Source: Octopus sinensis
Taxonomy: Eukaryota
Length of the DNA stretch: 64,000 bases
Assembly (NCBI RefSeq): GCF_006345805.1
Contig: NC_042999.1
Coordinates: 161,820,001-161,884,000, forward strand
Direction of reading: 5' to 3'
Shown here: in pieces, positions 47,445 to 61,584 of the stretch
Position numbering within the stretch: the first letter of the stretch is position 1
How the letters are laid out: each line of letters opens with the position of its first letter
Notes under the pieces: model-generated
Told to the model about the DNA's origin: nothing
The model's input: only the letters and a program-made list of their open reading frames with translations
The model's database searches: none
Translations under genes and position numbers: made by a program

Positions 47445-47781
47445 CATCATCATCATCATTTAGCATCTGCTTTCCATGCTAGCATTGGTTGGACGGTTCA
47501 ACTGGGGTCTGGGAAGCCAGGAGGCTGCACCAGGCCCAGTCTGATCTGGCAATGTTTCTACGGTTGGATGCCCTTCCTAACGCCAACCACTCCGTGAGTA
47601 TAGTGGGTGCTTTTTATGTGCCAGACGGGGCTGGCAAACGGCCACGGTCAGATGGTGCTTTTTATGTGCCACCGGCACGGGGGCCAGGCCAGGCTGGCAA
47701 CAGCCACGATCGGATGGTGCTTTTTACGTGCCACTGGCACAGAGGCCCGTCGGGGCAGCGCTGGCAACGGCCACGTTCGGA
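47445..47781 (-). mobile_element. RTE 3' tail
   Basis: (cat)n-ttagcatctgctttcc end plus hairpin units. Confidence 0.85.
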
Positions 47782-49765
47782 TATACATTAATATACATTA
47801 TACATATAATATACATAGACATTAATAACCATTAGTAAGTATCAAATCCAGACATTCAGCATTTGTTCTGATCTTCAGTATAGAGGGGAATACGAAGGAG
47901 TCATGATGTGGGAAACAAGAGCAAGTGATGTACATACTGCCTAAGAGTACCATTACTTCATTGAATAGGTTCATTAGAAATCTTACCTACCTCTGGTCAA
48001 TTTCCAAATGACATAAAAGGTAAAAAAAATTAACTCTTAGCCATTTGTACAGATCCAGGAGTGCATTTTCAGTGAAATGGTGTAAGTGAATAAATGAAAC
48101 AAATGAATGAGAGAGAACAAACTCTGTCAAGGTGAGTGAAATTGCACCTGCCTTTGTACTACCATTTTTAAGATTCTGAGAGCAAACCTAGGTATACTGA
48201 AATAATGAAAGATTTATCAGGAAAAATTTCATATTTATTTTTATTTTAGTTATTTTTTTTTTTACATTTCTTTATGATTTAATGCTTTCGGTGAAGCAGT
48301 TATGATACAATGGAGTTATGTTAACAAAGAGACTCAATTAACATTTGTTAACGATACAAGTTGATGACATGTGTTAATAAACACATGCAAATGACATACA
48401 TTAATAAACAGTATACAAAAACAAAAAGAAGCTTATTAATAAATAGTAAATATATAAAAGCATTTAACTTGGTCAAAGTATGAAATACATGTGTCCTTTT
48501 TATATATATATAAACAAATCTTTACAAACATTTTGAGTGTCACTTTCTTAAAAAAACCTTTTACTTCAATGACTCTTTCAATTAGAGTTAGAGGATTGGA
48601 TGAACCTTCAAAGTAAAGCATTCAGTCAAGTCTATCTTGTAGCTAAAACTCACAAGATTGTACCTTAGCAAATCACTTTTCATATTGCAGCCACTAGCAA
48701 CATCTCAATTATTCCACCCTACAGTGAAGTGGACTGGTCATTGACACAATTCAGTATCAGGATATGAACAGCTAACATGTCATCACGTGTAGCTTTTTTT
48801 GGTCATCTGAGATTTATTTGAATTGCTTCTTGGTGTTTCTGTGGCAACCTAGGTGTCTCATCCAAACAATGAATTACCCCCTCCTTTCCTCCCAGTAATT
48901 ATCAAAGCAAACGAATTTATTTGAATTATTAAATGTGTCTGTTTTACAAACACAAGACAGGAATTGTTTATATGATGGTGGATGTGGTAGAGAAGAAGCT
49001 GAGCCGACAGAGCACAAGATTAGAAGCCTTTAGAAGTATTTAGTTTCATTTTCTGTTTTGTACTTCAAGAACTGCAAGGGCCAATTCAATATTTTGTAGT
49101 TCTGGAGTAGGGTTTCAATCAACTATATCCAACCCTACAATAATTAGCCAAAAAGAAACATTAAAATAATAAAATACAGCATCATCAACATCACACACAT
49201 GATGACCATCATCATCATCATCATCATCAATAGCAATCACAATATCGGTTGTTCAGCATCTTTTTCTTACTTTTGTTTCATCTACAGAATTTCTTTCCTC
49301 AACTAACCAAATAAGAGTATTAAGAGAGACTTGAAATGTTTTCTTCTTATTTTCCAAAATATAACTGATATCTTTCACTACGTACGATATCACATGAGGA
49401 GTCATTTGAACTAATGCCAGTGTATTATTACTGTTCCTTTTATTAATCTCAAGGAAAACTTGACAGAGTCAATCCAGGCAGGATTTGAACTTAGAATTTA
49501 GGATAAAATTAAATAATGTTATATTATTATTTGCTAGCCCCAAAATATATGTATTTTAAAAAAAACAAAACGAAAAAGTTTTTTGAATTGAAATTCTTAA
49601 AAAAATGTGATAAAAATAAATGATTAAAAATTATATTTACTATTTTAAAAAAAGAAGTAAAAATGAAAAATATTAAGACTTGTGTTCCATATCCATAAAT
49701 ATTTAGTTTTGTAAAAGAACTTTCAGATAGATGTAACTGTTTCTCTTCAGAATTAAATATGGCAA

Positions 49766-49904
49766 TCAGAATATAGTCAGTTTCTTATGAGCATGTCTCT
49801 GGTTTTTCTGCTGTCCTATAGCTTTCTCAGATGCTTTCAGCTGGCTTTTGTATGTCTCAAGGTTGCTAAGTTTTTCCTGCACTGATTTTACAACACTCTG
49901 ATTC
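49766..49904 (-). CDS. Terminal coding exon of an unidentified minus-strand gene (coiled-coil-like C-terminus)
   Basis: Acceptor ttatgtttttacacag; 1 nt plus 45 codons NQSVVKSVQEKLSNLETYKSQLKASEKAIGQQKNQRHAHKKLTIF then TGA; non-repetitive and helical in composition. Confidence 0.62.
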
Positions 49905-50565
49905 CTGTGTAAAAACATAAGCATAAATGTTAATTCATAAGATAAACAACAAATATCTATCCATGGATAAGAAAAAAAGCAACAAGAATGGATCAATATA
50001 TCGGTACAATTGTTTCGTACGAAGACATCTTTAATAAGGCTACAAAAATTGCAGTAAATATAAGTGACCCGTACTCATCAGCTGAAAAAACATCTGAGAT
50101 CCCCAAACATCAAAGGGGGTGATGTTACACATTCGTGAAACATCATGGAAAGTTCTATAAAAATGAGATTTAGATAACAAATTGGTTTCTAAAAGTTCTA
50201 TTAGTATTGCACAGTCATATATCAGGTTTTTAAAAAATTATTTCAAAACCTCTTAGTTTTCCAGAAAGTGAAGGTGAAAGTGAGGGTGTGAGTTTATCCA
50301 TATTGAAGAAAGTTTGATTCCTGGAGATCTGATGAGAGGTACCGTACTCACATGGACATGTATATTAAATAGTCAAATACTGGAACTTTGATGATTAAAT
50401 ATTTCCATAAGTGGCTATCATAAACCATTATGAACTCTTTTCTAAGAGGATCTGGTATCACATTAGAGTCAATATCTTGACAGATACAAGTATGCAGGAT
50501 ATGTATTCTGTTTAATATCACATGGTCAATTTGAGTTGGAGGTTCAATCATTTTGAGCATTTTCC

Positions 50566-50959
50566 TTTACTCTTTTACTCTTTTACTTGTTTCAGTCATT
50601 TGACTGCGGCCATACTGGAGCACCGCCTTTAATCGAGCAACTCGACCCCAGGACTTATTCTTTTGTAAGCCCAGTACTTATTCAATCGGTCTCTTTTGCC
50701 GAACTGCTAAGTAACGGGGACGTAAACACACCAGCATCGGTTGTCAAGCAATGCTAGGGGGACAAACACAGACACACAAACACATGTATATATATATACG
50801 ACAGGCTTCTTTCAGTTTCCGTCTATCAAATCCACTCACAAGGCTTTGGTCTGCCCGAGGCCATAGAAGACACTTGCCCAAGGTGCCACGCAGTAGGTCT
50901 GAACCCGGAACCATGTGGTTGGTAAACAAGCTACTTACCACACAGCCACTCCTGCGCCT
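50566..50959 (-). mobile_element. Type-A SINE
   Basis: Full-length match. Confidence 0.93.
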
Positions 50960-51238
50960 TTGTATAAGTTATTTATACATATGCTTCCCTGATAACACCT
51001 AATCAAGAGGGTATGTTTAAGACAGATTCACTGCATTGTTGAAACAGATATTAAAATGAAAATGGTGCTAGCAGTGATAAAAAGTGGTAGTAATTACAGA
51101 AATTTACAACCCTTATATTTTAAGTCTTGCAGAACTTGTGAATCAGCAAATGGTCTTAGAAAATACATTTTATCAACTATAAGCACTTGGTCTCCACCCC
51201 TGCCAATATTATTTAACAACAAAAGAATATTCTTTTCT

Positions 51239-52722
51239 ACTCTGATGACCTTGCTCTAATTACTGAGTCACTAGCAGAACTGGAGGAGAAGTTTCAGGTG
51301 TGGAAGCAAGGATTAGAATCGAAGGGCCTTAGAGTCAACCTAGCTAAAACCAAAGTCCTAATAAGTAGGAAGGCAGGCAAACCACAAATCCCTTCAAGTA
51401 GATGACTCTGCTTGATCTGTAGAAAAGGCGTAGGTAGAAACTCCATAAGATGTACCCAGTGTAAGCTATGGACACATAAGAGGTGCAGCAATATGAAAGG
51501 AAGGCTAACTGGAAGATAGTTTTTGTGTGGGGCAAATGCTCAGGAGCAATAAACACTGAAAATGTGCAGAGAACAGCTTCCGTCACATTCCAGAGGGTAA
51601 AACTACAAGTAGTTGATAGCTTCTATTACCTAGGTGACCAAGTCAGTAGCGGGGGTGTATGCTCAGAAAGTGTAGCTGTGAGAATAAGAATAGTGTAGGC
51701 AATGTTCAAAGAGCTCCTACCTATGCTGGTGACAAAGGGCCTCTTGTTCAGAGTGAGAGGTAGACTGCATGACGCATGTGTGTGAGCAGCCATGCTACAT
51801 GGCAGAGAAACATGGGCCATGATTGCCGAGGACATGCGTAAGCTTGCAAGGAATGACGCCAGTATGCTCTGATGGATGTGTAATGTCAGTGTGCATACAC
51901 GAGAGTGTAAGCACTCTGAGAAAAAAGTTGGATTTAAGAAGCATCAGATGTGGTGTGCAAGAAAGCTATGCTGGTATGGTCATGTGTTGTGAACAGATGA
52001 GGACAGCTGTGTGAAAGTGTCACACCCTAGCATTTGAGGGAACCTGTGGAAGAAGTAGACCCAGGAAGACCTGGGATGAAGGGTTGAAGCACGGCCTTCG
52101 GACATTGGGTCTCACCAAGGCAATGACAAGTGACTGAGACCTTTGGAGATGTGCTGTGCTTGAGAAGACCTGGCAAGCCAAGTGAGACCATAACCGTGGC
52201 CTATGCCAGTGCTGTATAACTAGCCTATTTAAGAGTACCTTTCAATCATTGGACAATAAACTACGTTTACGAAGTCCTGTTGAGGCAAGTAAAATCATTG
52301 TCATACTCAATGACAGTACTGCCTGATTGGCACCTGTTCCAGTGGATTGTTAAAAGCACCATTTGAGCATGGTCATTGACAGGGCCACTGACTGGCTCCC
52401 ATGCTGGTGGCACATAAAAAGCACCATTCGAGTGTGGTCATTGCCAGTTCCGCTGGACTGACTCCTGTGCAGGTGGCACGTATAAAGCACCATTTGAGCA
52501 TGGCCGATGCCAGTACCGCCTAACTGGCCCTCGTGCCAGTGACATGTAAAAGCACCCACTACACTCTTGGATTGGTCGGTATCATGAAGGGCATCCAGCT
52601 GTAGAAACTTTGCCATATCAGACAAGCTGGTGCAGCCTTCTGCCTTGCCATCCCTCAGTCGAACTGTCCAACCCATGCCAGCATGGAAAGCAGATGTTAA
52701 ACAATGATGATGATGATGATGA
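51239..52722 (+). mobile_element. 5'-truncated RTE LINE (RT motif 5 to tail)
   Basis: SDDLALITES, NLAKTKV, CLICRKGVGRNSIRCTQCKLWTHKRC, QVVDSFYYLGDQ, UTR hairpin units and (tga)n tail. Confidence 0.92.
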
Positions 52723-52744
52723 CTCTAGGTACAAGGCCCAAAAT

Positions 52745-52875
52745 TTTTTATTGAACCTGAGAGGATGAGAGGCAAAGTGAACCTCAGTGGAATTTGAACT
52801 CAGAATGTAAAGACAGGTGAAATACCACTAAGCATTTCGCCCGGCGTGCTAATGTTTCTGCCAGCTTGTTGCCTT
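52745..52875 (-). mobile_element. Old partial type-B SINE
   Basis: ggatgagaggcaaagt...gaatttgaactcag...cgcccggcgtgctaatgtttctgccagc. Confidence 0.75.
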
Positions 52876-53978
52876 AACAACAAAAGAACATTATTAACGA
52901 GCTACATGAATATGAAAAATGTAGCAGTTTTGACTTACTACTCTACTTGTTTTTGACCTCCTCCTCTCACTTCTTTTTCACCACCATCATCATCATGTTT
53001 TTATTCATTTACGAGGAACCAACAAACGTGATTACAATAGTCAAACAGTAATAATAATAACAACAAACCTTTTTAATGTATCCCCATTTATGTGAAACCA
53101 CTTATTCAAGTTCAAGTCATTGATGCAATTTTATACGAATTGCTAATACACACACATAATAAGGGTGAAAAATTGAATATTAATTTGATTAATATGAATT
53201 GAAAACCAGTGGTGTAGCATATAAGACAATAGCGGATCTTCCTCTAGCAAAAAGGATGACCAGTATTAATTGCTCATCCCTTTTATATAAATACTTTCAC
53301 TTTAATTGTTGCACACTTTCAAAGAGAAAGGAGGAGAAAGTGTAGTGGTAATGGTAGGAGTGAAGCACTTGAAATGAAAGAGGGAAATCGTAAAATATTG
53401 AGTTTTCTCGAATTTTTGCTTAATTGGGGGTGAAATTGAAAAAACTTTACATGCCATGACCCAATGGAATCTACTTGGAAAAATGATAGGTAAATTCCAA
53501 TTGAAGAAATTCTATATTGTACAATTGTATAAAAAACGAACGGTTTGGGAGGCAGAGAAAATCTGCCTTTTATCATAAGAGATCATCGTCTTCTTTCCCA
53601 TCAATCTTTTCTTTTTCATCATTTTTAATCATCATCATTAATGTTGTTATCATAACTTTGTCTTTTCAATCATTTTCTTCTTCTGTTTCTCCCTCTTGAC
53701 TTAATCAATTTGCATGTTATACGTTTTAGGTCTTAACAAAAAGGTAGGAAAAGCATGACTGTGAATTAAGATTAATGTTACATATAATTTTAGGTGTAGG
53801 TAATGCCCATAAAATGCAGCTTGTGACAACACTAACAGTGAGAAACTTCCTGTGCCAATTGTCTTCAGTCTCTTCCAGTGGGTTGCTAATGGAGACATGA
53901 AGTGGAGAAAATAAAAAGAGGATGAAAATTATGATTCAGTAATAACTGATAAAACAAATTTGATAAATGTTACATAAT

Positions 53979-54150
53979 AGGCGCAGGAATGGCTGTGTGG
54001 TAAGTAGCTTGCTAACCAACCACATGGTTCCGGGTTCAGTCCCACTGCGTGGCATCTTGGGCAAGTGTCTTCTGCTATAGCCCCGGGCCGACCAATGCCT
54101 TGTGAGTGGATTTGGTAGACGGAAACTGAAAGAAGCCTGTCGTATATATG

Positions 54151-54189
<39 letters not shown>

Positions 54190-54391
54190 TTGTGTGTCTG
54201 TGTTTGTCCCCCTAGCATTGCTTGACAACCGATGCTGGTGTGTTTATGTCCCCGTCACTTAGCGGTTCAGCAAAAGAGACCGATAGAATAAGTACTGGGC
54301 TTACAAAGAATAAGTCCCGGGGTCGATTTGCTCGACTAAAGGTGGTGCTCCAGCATGGCCGCAGTCAAATGACTGAAACAAGTAAAAGAGT
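53979..54391 (+). mobile_element. Type-A SINE
   Basis: Full-length, aggcgcagga head to aagtaaaagagt tail. Confidence 0.94.
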
Positions 54392-54573
54392 ATAATAATT
54401 GTTGTTAATTTAAAAGATGCTGTGTGTGCATGACAAACGTTATAAATTTGATAAATAATGTGAATTTGACAGAATCAGACTGTTTTAATAAACGTTGTGT
54501 GTTTGATAAAAGTTCTCTTCAGATGTTCATATACAATCTATCTCCAAATGAAAAGTATGAGAAACATGTTTAA

Positions 54574-54793
54574 CCCTTTAGTGTTTAAACCGGCCATATC
54601 AGGCCAAAATTGTTTTCCTGTTTTATGCTCAAACCAGCCAGCTCTGACCTCTCACACCTACCCTACAAAGTCATTCTAAAAATAAACAGGGACATCATCA
54701 ATATCCCAGAGTTACAAGATGCTGTACAATTAATTTTAAATAATGTGATTAAACAGGTTTTACATTTGACAGAGTAATCTGATTGCTAAAGGG
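54574..54793. mobile_element. piggyBac-type MITE, family 2
   Basis: TTAA-cccttt(t)agtgttt ... gattgctaaaggg-TTAA; homologous to 29738-29958. Confidence 0.82.
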
Positions 54794-55856
54794 TTAAACT
54801 ATTTTAAAAAGCAAATACTAAAATTGTCACATTTTCATCTCATTTGCATTTCTATTTTTCTTTTCCTTACCCACCCACACCATCACTAGCCAAGAATCTT
54901 CCAAGCACAGGTAAAATATGTAGGAGGAGTAGGAGGAGAGAAAGAGACATTGGGGTTGAATCCTCTGATAACGATCCTATAATAAGCATCTAGCCTGAGG
55001 CCACAAATAATAGAATGAGGTTTAAGGTATGTGCAGGTGGCAAAGGGGTGAGAGAGACTTTGGCAAAAAAAAAAAAAACAGGAAATAGTTCATAAGAGGG
55101 GAGGTAATTAAAAGTGTCATGTCTCCCTAATTAGATAGGAGAGAAATTATTCCTCTTTACTATCTTTTCATTGTCTGAGCAACACTTTTCTAGATAACAC
55201 ATGCATAGAGTTCAGAAAATTAATCACTAGGCTTGCTGATATATCAATGGTGTGAATGGTCAAGTGTGGTCAAATGATTGAGGGCAGATGGGCGAGAATG
55301 TTTAGGTTTTCCAGGATATGGTGAGGAATGCTTCTTATTCATTTGCTGGCAAGGAACATGCATGTCATTACTGGCTAATCTTTCAGCACACTACGTAATA
55401 CTCCACCATACAACACCACAATAAGCTGCAACACCACACTCCCTATCTAGTAATAATTAAAAACATGTCACATGCAGACTCATAACAGGATATAGGAGAA
55501 GTTGTGTAATTACTTTTACCAAAACATATAGATAAGGACACCTGAGGCAAGCTAGGAAATGACTGCAAGTTAAAATTACCTGTTTACTTAAAAAGGATTT
55601 GTCATAGGTTTAAATTTGTATCAGCACTACGCAATATTACCTTTAAGAAGTTGAAATTAGTCAACATGTATGTATGTGTGGATACATATATGTGTGAGTG
55701 TGTGTATGTATCTGTGCATCAATAAATATGTATGCATGTGTGTTATGTATGTTTATACAAATATATATGTTTGTGTGTGTTCTCAGTACCCACTTATTTA
55801 TCATAGTCCTCCAGGCCACAAAAGAGTAATTTAAGACAGGTTGCCCTTAGGAGGTT

Positions 55857-57569
55857 CTCTATACTATAATCACTGCCAGAACTAGGGAGAAATTTCAAGT
55901 GTGAAAGCCATGCCTGGAAGCAAAGAGCCTTAGAGTTAATTTGGCAAAGATCAAAGTCCCTAGTAAGTAGGAAAACAGACAAATCACTGATCCCTTTAGG
56001 GAGATTGCTCTGCTTGATATGTGTGTATGTAGGAACTCCATATGGTGTACCCAGTGCAAGTCATGGACATATAAGAGGTGCAACAAGTATCACAGAAAGG
56101 TTAAAAGAGGCAGTAGTCTTTGTGTGTAGCAGGTGAACAGGTATGCAGGTGTACAGGTGTGCAGGTGCATTAAACACTAGGAATGTACAGAAAATGGACT
56201 CCTTCAATTGTTGGGGAGGAAGGAATCCTTAGAAGTAGTAGACAGTTTAGGCGCAGGAGTGGCTGTGTGGTAAGTAGCTTGCTAACCAACCACATGGTTC
56301 CGGGTTCAGTCCCACTGTGTGGCATCTTGGGCAAGTGTCTTCTGCTATAGCCCCGGGCCGACCAATGCCTTGTGAGTGGATTTGATAGACGGAAACTGAA
56401 AGAAGCCCGTCGTATATATGTATATATATTTATATGTATGTGTGTGTGTGTGTATGTGTCTGTGTTTGTCCCCCTAGCATTGCTTGACAACTGATGCTGG
56501 TGTGTTTATGTCCCTGTTACTTAGCGGTTCGGCAAAAGAGACCGATAGAATAAGTACTGGGCTTACAAAGAATAAGTCCCGGGGTCGATTTGCTCGACTA
56601 AAGGCAGTGCTCCAGCATGGCCGCAGTCAAATGACTGAAACAAGTAAAAGAGTAAAAGAGAGAGAAAGAGTTTCCATTACTTAGACAACCAAGTTAGCAG
56701 TGGAGGAGTTAATTCTGAAAGCACAGTTGCTAGAATAAGAATAAGCTAGGCAAAGTTCAGGGAGCTAGTGCCTTTGTTTGTAACAAAAGGCCTCTCTCTC
56801 TGAGTGAAAGGAAGATTGTATAATGCCTATGTACAAACAGTTATGCTACACAGCAGTGAGACATGGGCTGTGACCAATGAGGATACGTGAAGGCTTGAAA
56901 GAAATGAAGTCAGCATGCTCCACTGGATGGGTAATGTCAGTGTACATGTACAACAAAGAGTAAGTGATTAGAGAGAAAAATGGGGTATACAAGGAATCAG
57001 AAGTAGTGTGCAAGATAGAAGACCCAGCTGGTACGGTCATGTGATGTGTATGGGTGAGGAAAGGTGCACCAAGAAGTACTGATCTCTGACTACGGACGAG
57101 ACAGGTGAAAGAGTAGACCCAAGATTTAGGACAAACTGGTGAGAAAACATCTTCAGATGTTGGGCCTCACAGAGGAGATGACAAGGAACTGAGATTGCTA
57201 GCAGTTTGCTGTAGTTGAGGAGACATGTCAAGCTAAGTAAAATCATGGTCATCCATCCATACAAGCATATCTTCTACATCCTTATATCAGCTGAAACATT
57301 CTACACTTGTGAGCTGATAGATGCTGGAGCCGTGTAAGATCACTCATATTGATGCTATATAAAAGCACTTGTGCCAACATCACATTAAAGCATCTGTAAA
57401 GTGTTACATTAAAAACTCTGTAAAGTAGTTGGCATTAGAAAGAGCATCCAGCCATAGAAACCATGCCAAAACAGATAAATGGAGCCCAGGTTGCTCTCCA
57501 GTTGCCCACTTCCTGGCAAACCATCCAACCCATGTCAACATGGAGAGCAGACATTAAATGATGATGATG
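55857..57569 (+). mobile_element. Older RTE LINE fragment interrupted by a type-A SINE
   Basis: Remnants of NLAKIKV, CTQCKSWTYKRC, EVVDSF|HYLDNQ, MLHSSETW, then UTR and (tga)n tail. Confidence 0.82.
56249..56665 (+). mobile_element. Type-A SINE inserted in an RTE copy
   Basis: Full-length; the flanks rejoin as gaagtagtagacagttt|ccattacttagacaacc, with agttt duplicated. Confidence 0.93.
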
Positions 57570-57743
57570 GAGATATATATATATATTCATGTCATCACCA
57601 TCATTTAACATCTATGTGCCATAGTGTTACGATATGTTTATGCACACACACATACGATTATTGCTTTTTAATCTCAACTTCTATTTCTGTAAAGAATAGT
57701 TCCCAACATGACTAAAACCACTTTCATCATTGTTTCATATCTG

Positions 57744-57812
<69 letters not shown>

Positions 57813-58476
57813 TCACAGGTATGCATACAAAATCACTGTTTTTTAATGTTTATCTTGCATGCTACCATGAGCTGGATGGTTCCACAAGATCCAACAAGCT
57901 GCAGGACAGCATCAAACCCCAAGACCTGCTTTGGCATAGATTCTACAGCTGGATGTCCCCCCACTAGTGCCAACCACTTACAGAGTGTACAGGATGCTTT
58001 TTCATGGTACCAACACTAATGAGGTCATCTATTAGTGGGGAGGCGGGGTATAAAAGAGAGGGAGTTGGCTTTATGCCAAGTGAAGACAGACAAACATGAT
58101 ATAAGAGAGAGAAACAGATACATTGCTTTAGAGGAGATATATGGCTGTGCTTGCTGGAAGGAGAGGAAATGCTGGTGGTGATAAGGTTTCAAGGTGTACC
58201 TGCAAAGTGTAAGAAGATGACTTTAAGAAGAGAATAGAGACAGAGGATCAAAGAGTTTGTGAGAGTGTGAAAGAAGATTGACAGGTGCTAAAATATGAAG
58301 ATAAAGGTGAATGTAGTGAATGGTGAACAAAGGTGGAAAAAATGAGAAGGTTAAGGGAACAGTGTAGAAAGAAGCTGAGGGTCCAATTACTAGAGCAAGG
58401 AGTAGCAGCTTAGAAGAAGAGAAAATATGAAAGAAAGAGAATGTAATGAGTATTTACAAGAGATGAGAGAAAGAGC

Positions 58477-58680
58477 TTACTCTTTTACTCTTTTACTTGT
58501 TTCAGTCACTTGACTGCGGCCATGCTGGAGCACTGCCTTTAGTCGAGCAAATCAACCTCGGGACTTATTCTTTGTAAGCCCAGTACTTATTCTATCGGTC
58601 TCTTTTGCCTAACCGCTAAGTGATGGGGACGTAAACACACCAGCATCGGTTGTCAAGCAATGCTAGGGGGACAAACACAA

Positions 58681-58725
<45 letters not shown>

Positions 58726-58891
58726 TACGACAGGCTTCTTTCAGTTTCCGTCTACCAAATCCACTCACAAGGCATTGGTCGGCCCGGGGCTATAGCAGAA
58801 GACACTTGCCCAAGATGCCACGCAGTGGGACTGAACCCGGAACCATGTGGTTGGTTAGCAAGCTACTTACCACACAGCCACTCCTGCGCCT
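58477..58891 (-). mobile_element. Type-A SINE
   Basis: Full-length match. Confidence 0.94.
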
Positions 58892-59474
58892 ATAATATAG
58901 AATAAAAAATAAAAATGAACAAGGACATCAAGAAACCTGGAGACATACAGTTGACTGTTACAACATTTGTAGCATGAATATTGTATGTAACCATCGTGAA
59001 GCTCTTAGATTTATAAATGAACTTCTGAATTCTTGCCAGAATGGAAAAGTTATGATTCCTCAACTACAGCCTTAATCAGGACTGAGAAGACTTTTTTTTA
59101 AAGGAAAATAATGCAGAATCAGTCACTTTCTGTAAAAATATTGGTTTCAAATTTTGGCACAAGGCCAGCAGTTTTGGGGAGAGCAGGTAGGTCAATGACA
59201 TCAACTCCAGGGTTCATCTGGTACTTGTTTTATCAAACCTGGAAGGATGATAGGCAAAGTCAACCCCAGAAGAATTTGAACTTACAACATAAAGGCAGAC
59301 GAAATACTGCTAAGTATTTTGTGTGGCTAGTTCATCACCTTCTTTCAGTAAAAATATTAAGAACTATAATTGCGTCTTTTCTTTTGCTTCCTTTGGAGTA
59401 AATTTAAGTACCCACGAAAGACAGGGTCCTCATTGTTTCATAGCTCATGGACAAATTTCCATACATTTATAACT

Positions 59475-59870
59475 CAACTGGCCTCCGTGCTGGTGGCACG
59501 TAACAAACACCATCCAATCGTGGCTGTGCCAGCCTCACCTGGCCTCCATGCCGGTGGCACGTAAAAAACACCATCCGAGCGTGGCCGTTCGCCAGCTTCA
59601 TCTGGCACCTGTGTCCGTGGCACATAAAAAAAACACCATCCAAGCGTGGCCGTTCACCAGCCTTGTCTGGCACCTGTGTCGGTGGCACATAAAAAGCACC
59701 CACTACACTCACGGAGTGGTTGGCGTTAGGAAGAGCATCCAGCTGTAGAAACACTGCCAGATCAGACTGGAGCCGGGTGCAGCCTTCGGGCTTCCCAGAC
59801 CCCAGTTGAACCGTCCAACCCATGCTAGCATGGAAAGCGGACACTAAATGATGATGATGATGATGATGAT
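59475..59870 (+). mobile_element. RTE 3' tail with hairpin units
   Basis: Four ggtggcacgtaaaaagcacc-type units, then ...gcggacactaaatgatgatgat. Confidence 0.88.
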
Positions 59871-60305
59871 CTTGAAATCAAAACTCACAATACAATATGG
59901 TCAGTTAGACGTAATAGATGCTAATGAAGCATTGCAACCTGGGATGGAAGTTGAAGACTGTTTACTTCTTGACATAAAGTGGAAAATAATTACAATTTAC
60001 AAAGTATAAGAAGTAAGAACATGACTTCTATAGATGTTCTCTGCCGAAAATGCAACTTCACTGCTGTCTATTTGGACTTTTACATCATCTGAAGAAGCAG
60101 ATACTTCAGAAAAATACACAATTCTATCTTACAATTTTCAAAAAAACTGTAGAATTTCCATGGCTACTACTACTGCAATTGATCTGTCTTTAAACATGTT
60201 TGTTTCGTTTCAAGTTGTTCTATCAATGATTGAAGACTCGTGGAACAATTTTACCGAATTTTTTTAGAACTCGTTTATGCAAAGTATATCTATATGTGTG
60301 ATATT

Positions 60306-60353
<48 letters not shown>

Positions 60354-60532
60354 TAATTCTCGTAAATGGTTGATTAGATATAAATAAATTCACTGACTGT
60401 TTTTGTTTATTGTTTTTTTTATATATATATACAGTTTATGATTGTGTGTGTGAGAGAGAGAGTAAGAGAGGGAGAGAGAGAGAGGGAGAGAGAGAGAGAG
60501 AAAGAGAGTGAGGGGGAGAGAGAGGGAGAGAG

Positions 60533-60567
<35 letters not shown>

Positions 60568-60639
60568 AAATCACACATACATATGTAATATGTAAATATA
60601 CATAAAACACAAGTTTGGATTTACCCATTGTATTCTTAC

Positions 60640-60679
60640 TGGTGCTGCAGTTGGCCAATCTTCTGCCATTCACACAACA
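60640..60679 (-). CDS. Candidate 40-nt exon of the minus-strand gene
   Basis: Acceptor ttttttcccag and donor CCA|gtaaga. The frame LCEWQKIGQLQH ends in phase 2, matching the 1-nt start of exon 49766-49904. An alternative reading gives ATG-initiated MAEDWPTAAP. Confidence 0.45.
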
Positions 60680-60879
60680 CTGGGAAAAAATTTTTTTCCC
60701 TTTGTGCTTAATGTTGAATTGTGTGTTGATGTTTGTGTGTATACTGGTCTGTGTGTAAGTCTCTCACAATAACCACAATAGATGTTTGCTAAGGTTGCAC
60801 ATAATGAAATTACTAACAAATGATTATTATTTTTATTGTTGTTGTCATTTTTATTTTTACTATCAGTTCTGGTATTATA

Positions 60880-61170
60880 ATTATTATTACAATCACCATT
60901 ATTATTATCATTATTATTATTATTATTATTATTACTATTATTATTATTATTATTATTATATTATTATCATCATCATCATCATCATCATCATCATTATTAT
61001 TATTATTATTACAATCACCATTATTATTATTATTATCATTATTATTATTATTATTATTACTATTATTATCATCATCATCATCATCATCATCATTATTATT
61101 ATTATTATTATTATTATTACAATCACCATCATTATTATTATTTTTATTATTATTATTATTATTATTATTG
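60880..61170. repeat. (ATT)n/(ATC)n trinucleotide array with ~110-120-bp higher-order unit
   Basis: tacaatcacc recurs three times (near 60888, 61008, 61118); followed by (TGG)n at about 61198-61226. Confidence 0.93.
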
Positions 61171-61524
61171 CTTTGTGCCTATGTTAGAAATCAGCAGTGG
61201 TGGTGGTGGTGGTGGTGGTGGTGGTGGGAACTAGTAATAATATCGGTATTATTATAACCTGTTGCTGCCACCCACCACCACCTTTGTTTTGTTCCACAAC
61301 TTACTTCTTGTTGTACAAGAACCAATTTCTAATTCCTGGGGAACCATTGTTGTGTAAATATTTGTAAGAGCCTATTTATCTCATATATACCTGTGTGAAT
61401 GTGTGTGCATGTGTATATTTCTATTTATACATAACATATCACACACACACCACACACACACACACACACAACATGTATGTAAATATGAAAAGTTCCTCAA
61501 GTCAATATCTTTGTCTGCAAGCAG

Positions 61525-61561
<37 letters not shown>

Positions 61562-61584
61562 CACACACACACACACATATATAC

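Noticed and set aside
50348-50560. Minus-strand ORF with gtgagt donor, phase-compatible with the terminal exon
   Set aside because: No good acceptor, and the peptide is not convincing; kept only as a weak alternative to the 60640 exon.
59895-59944. 50-nt minus-strand segment with good splice sites
   Set aside because: Stops in all three frames; could only be non-coding and has no other support.
60786-61257. Poly-Ile/Tyr/Leu ORFs
   Set aside because: Translations of (ATT)n/(ATC)n repeats.
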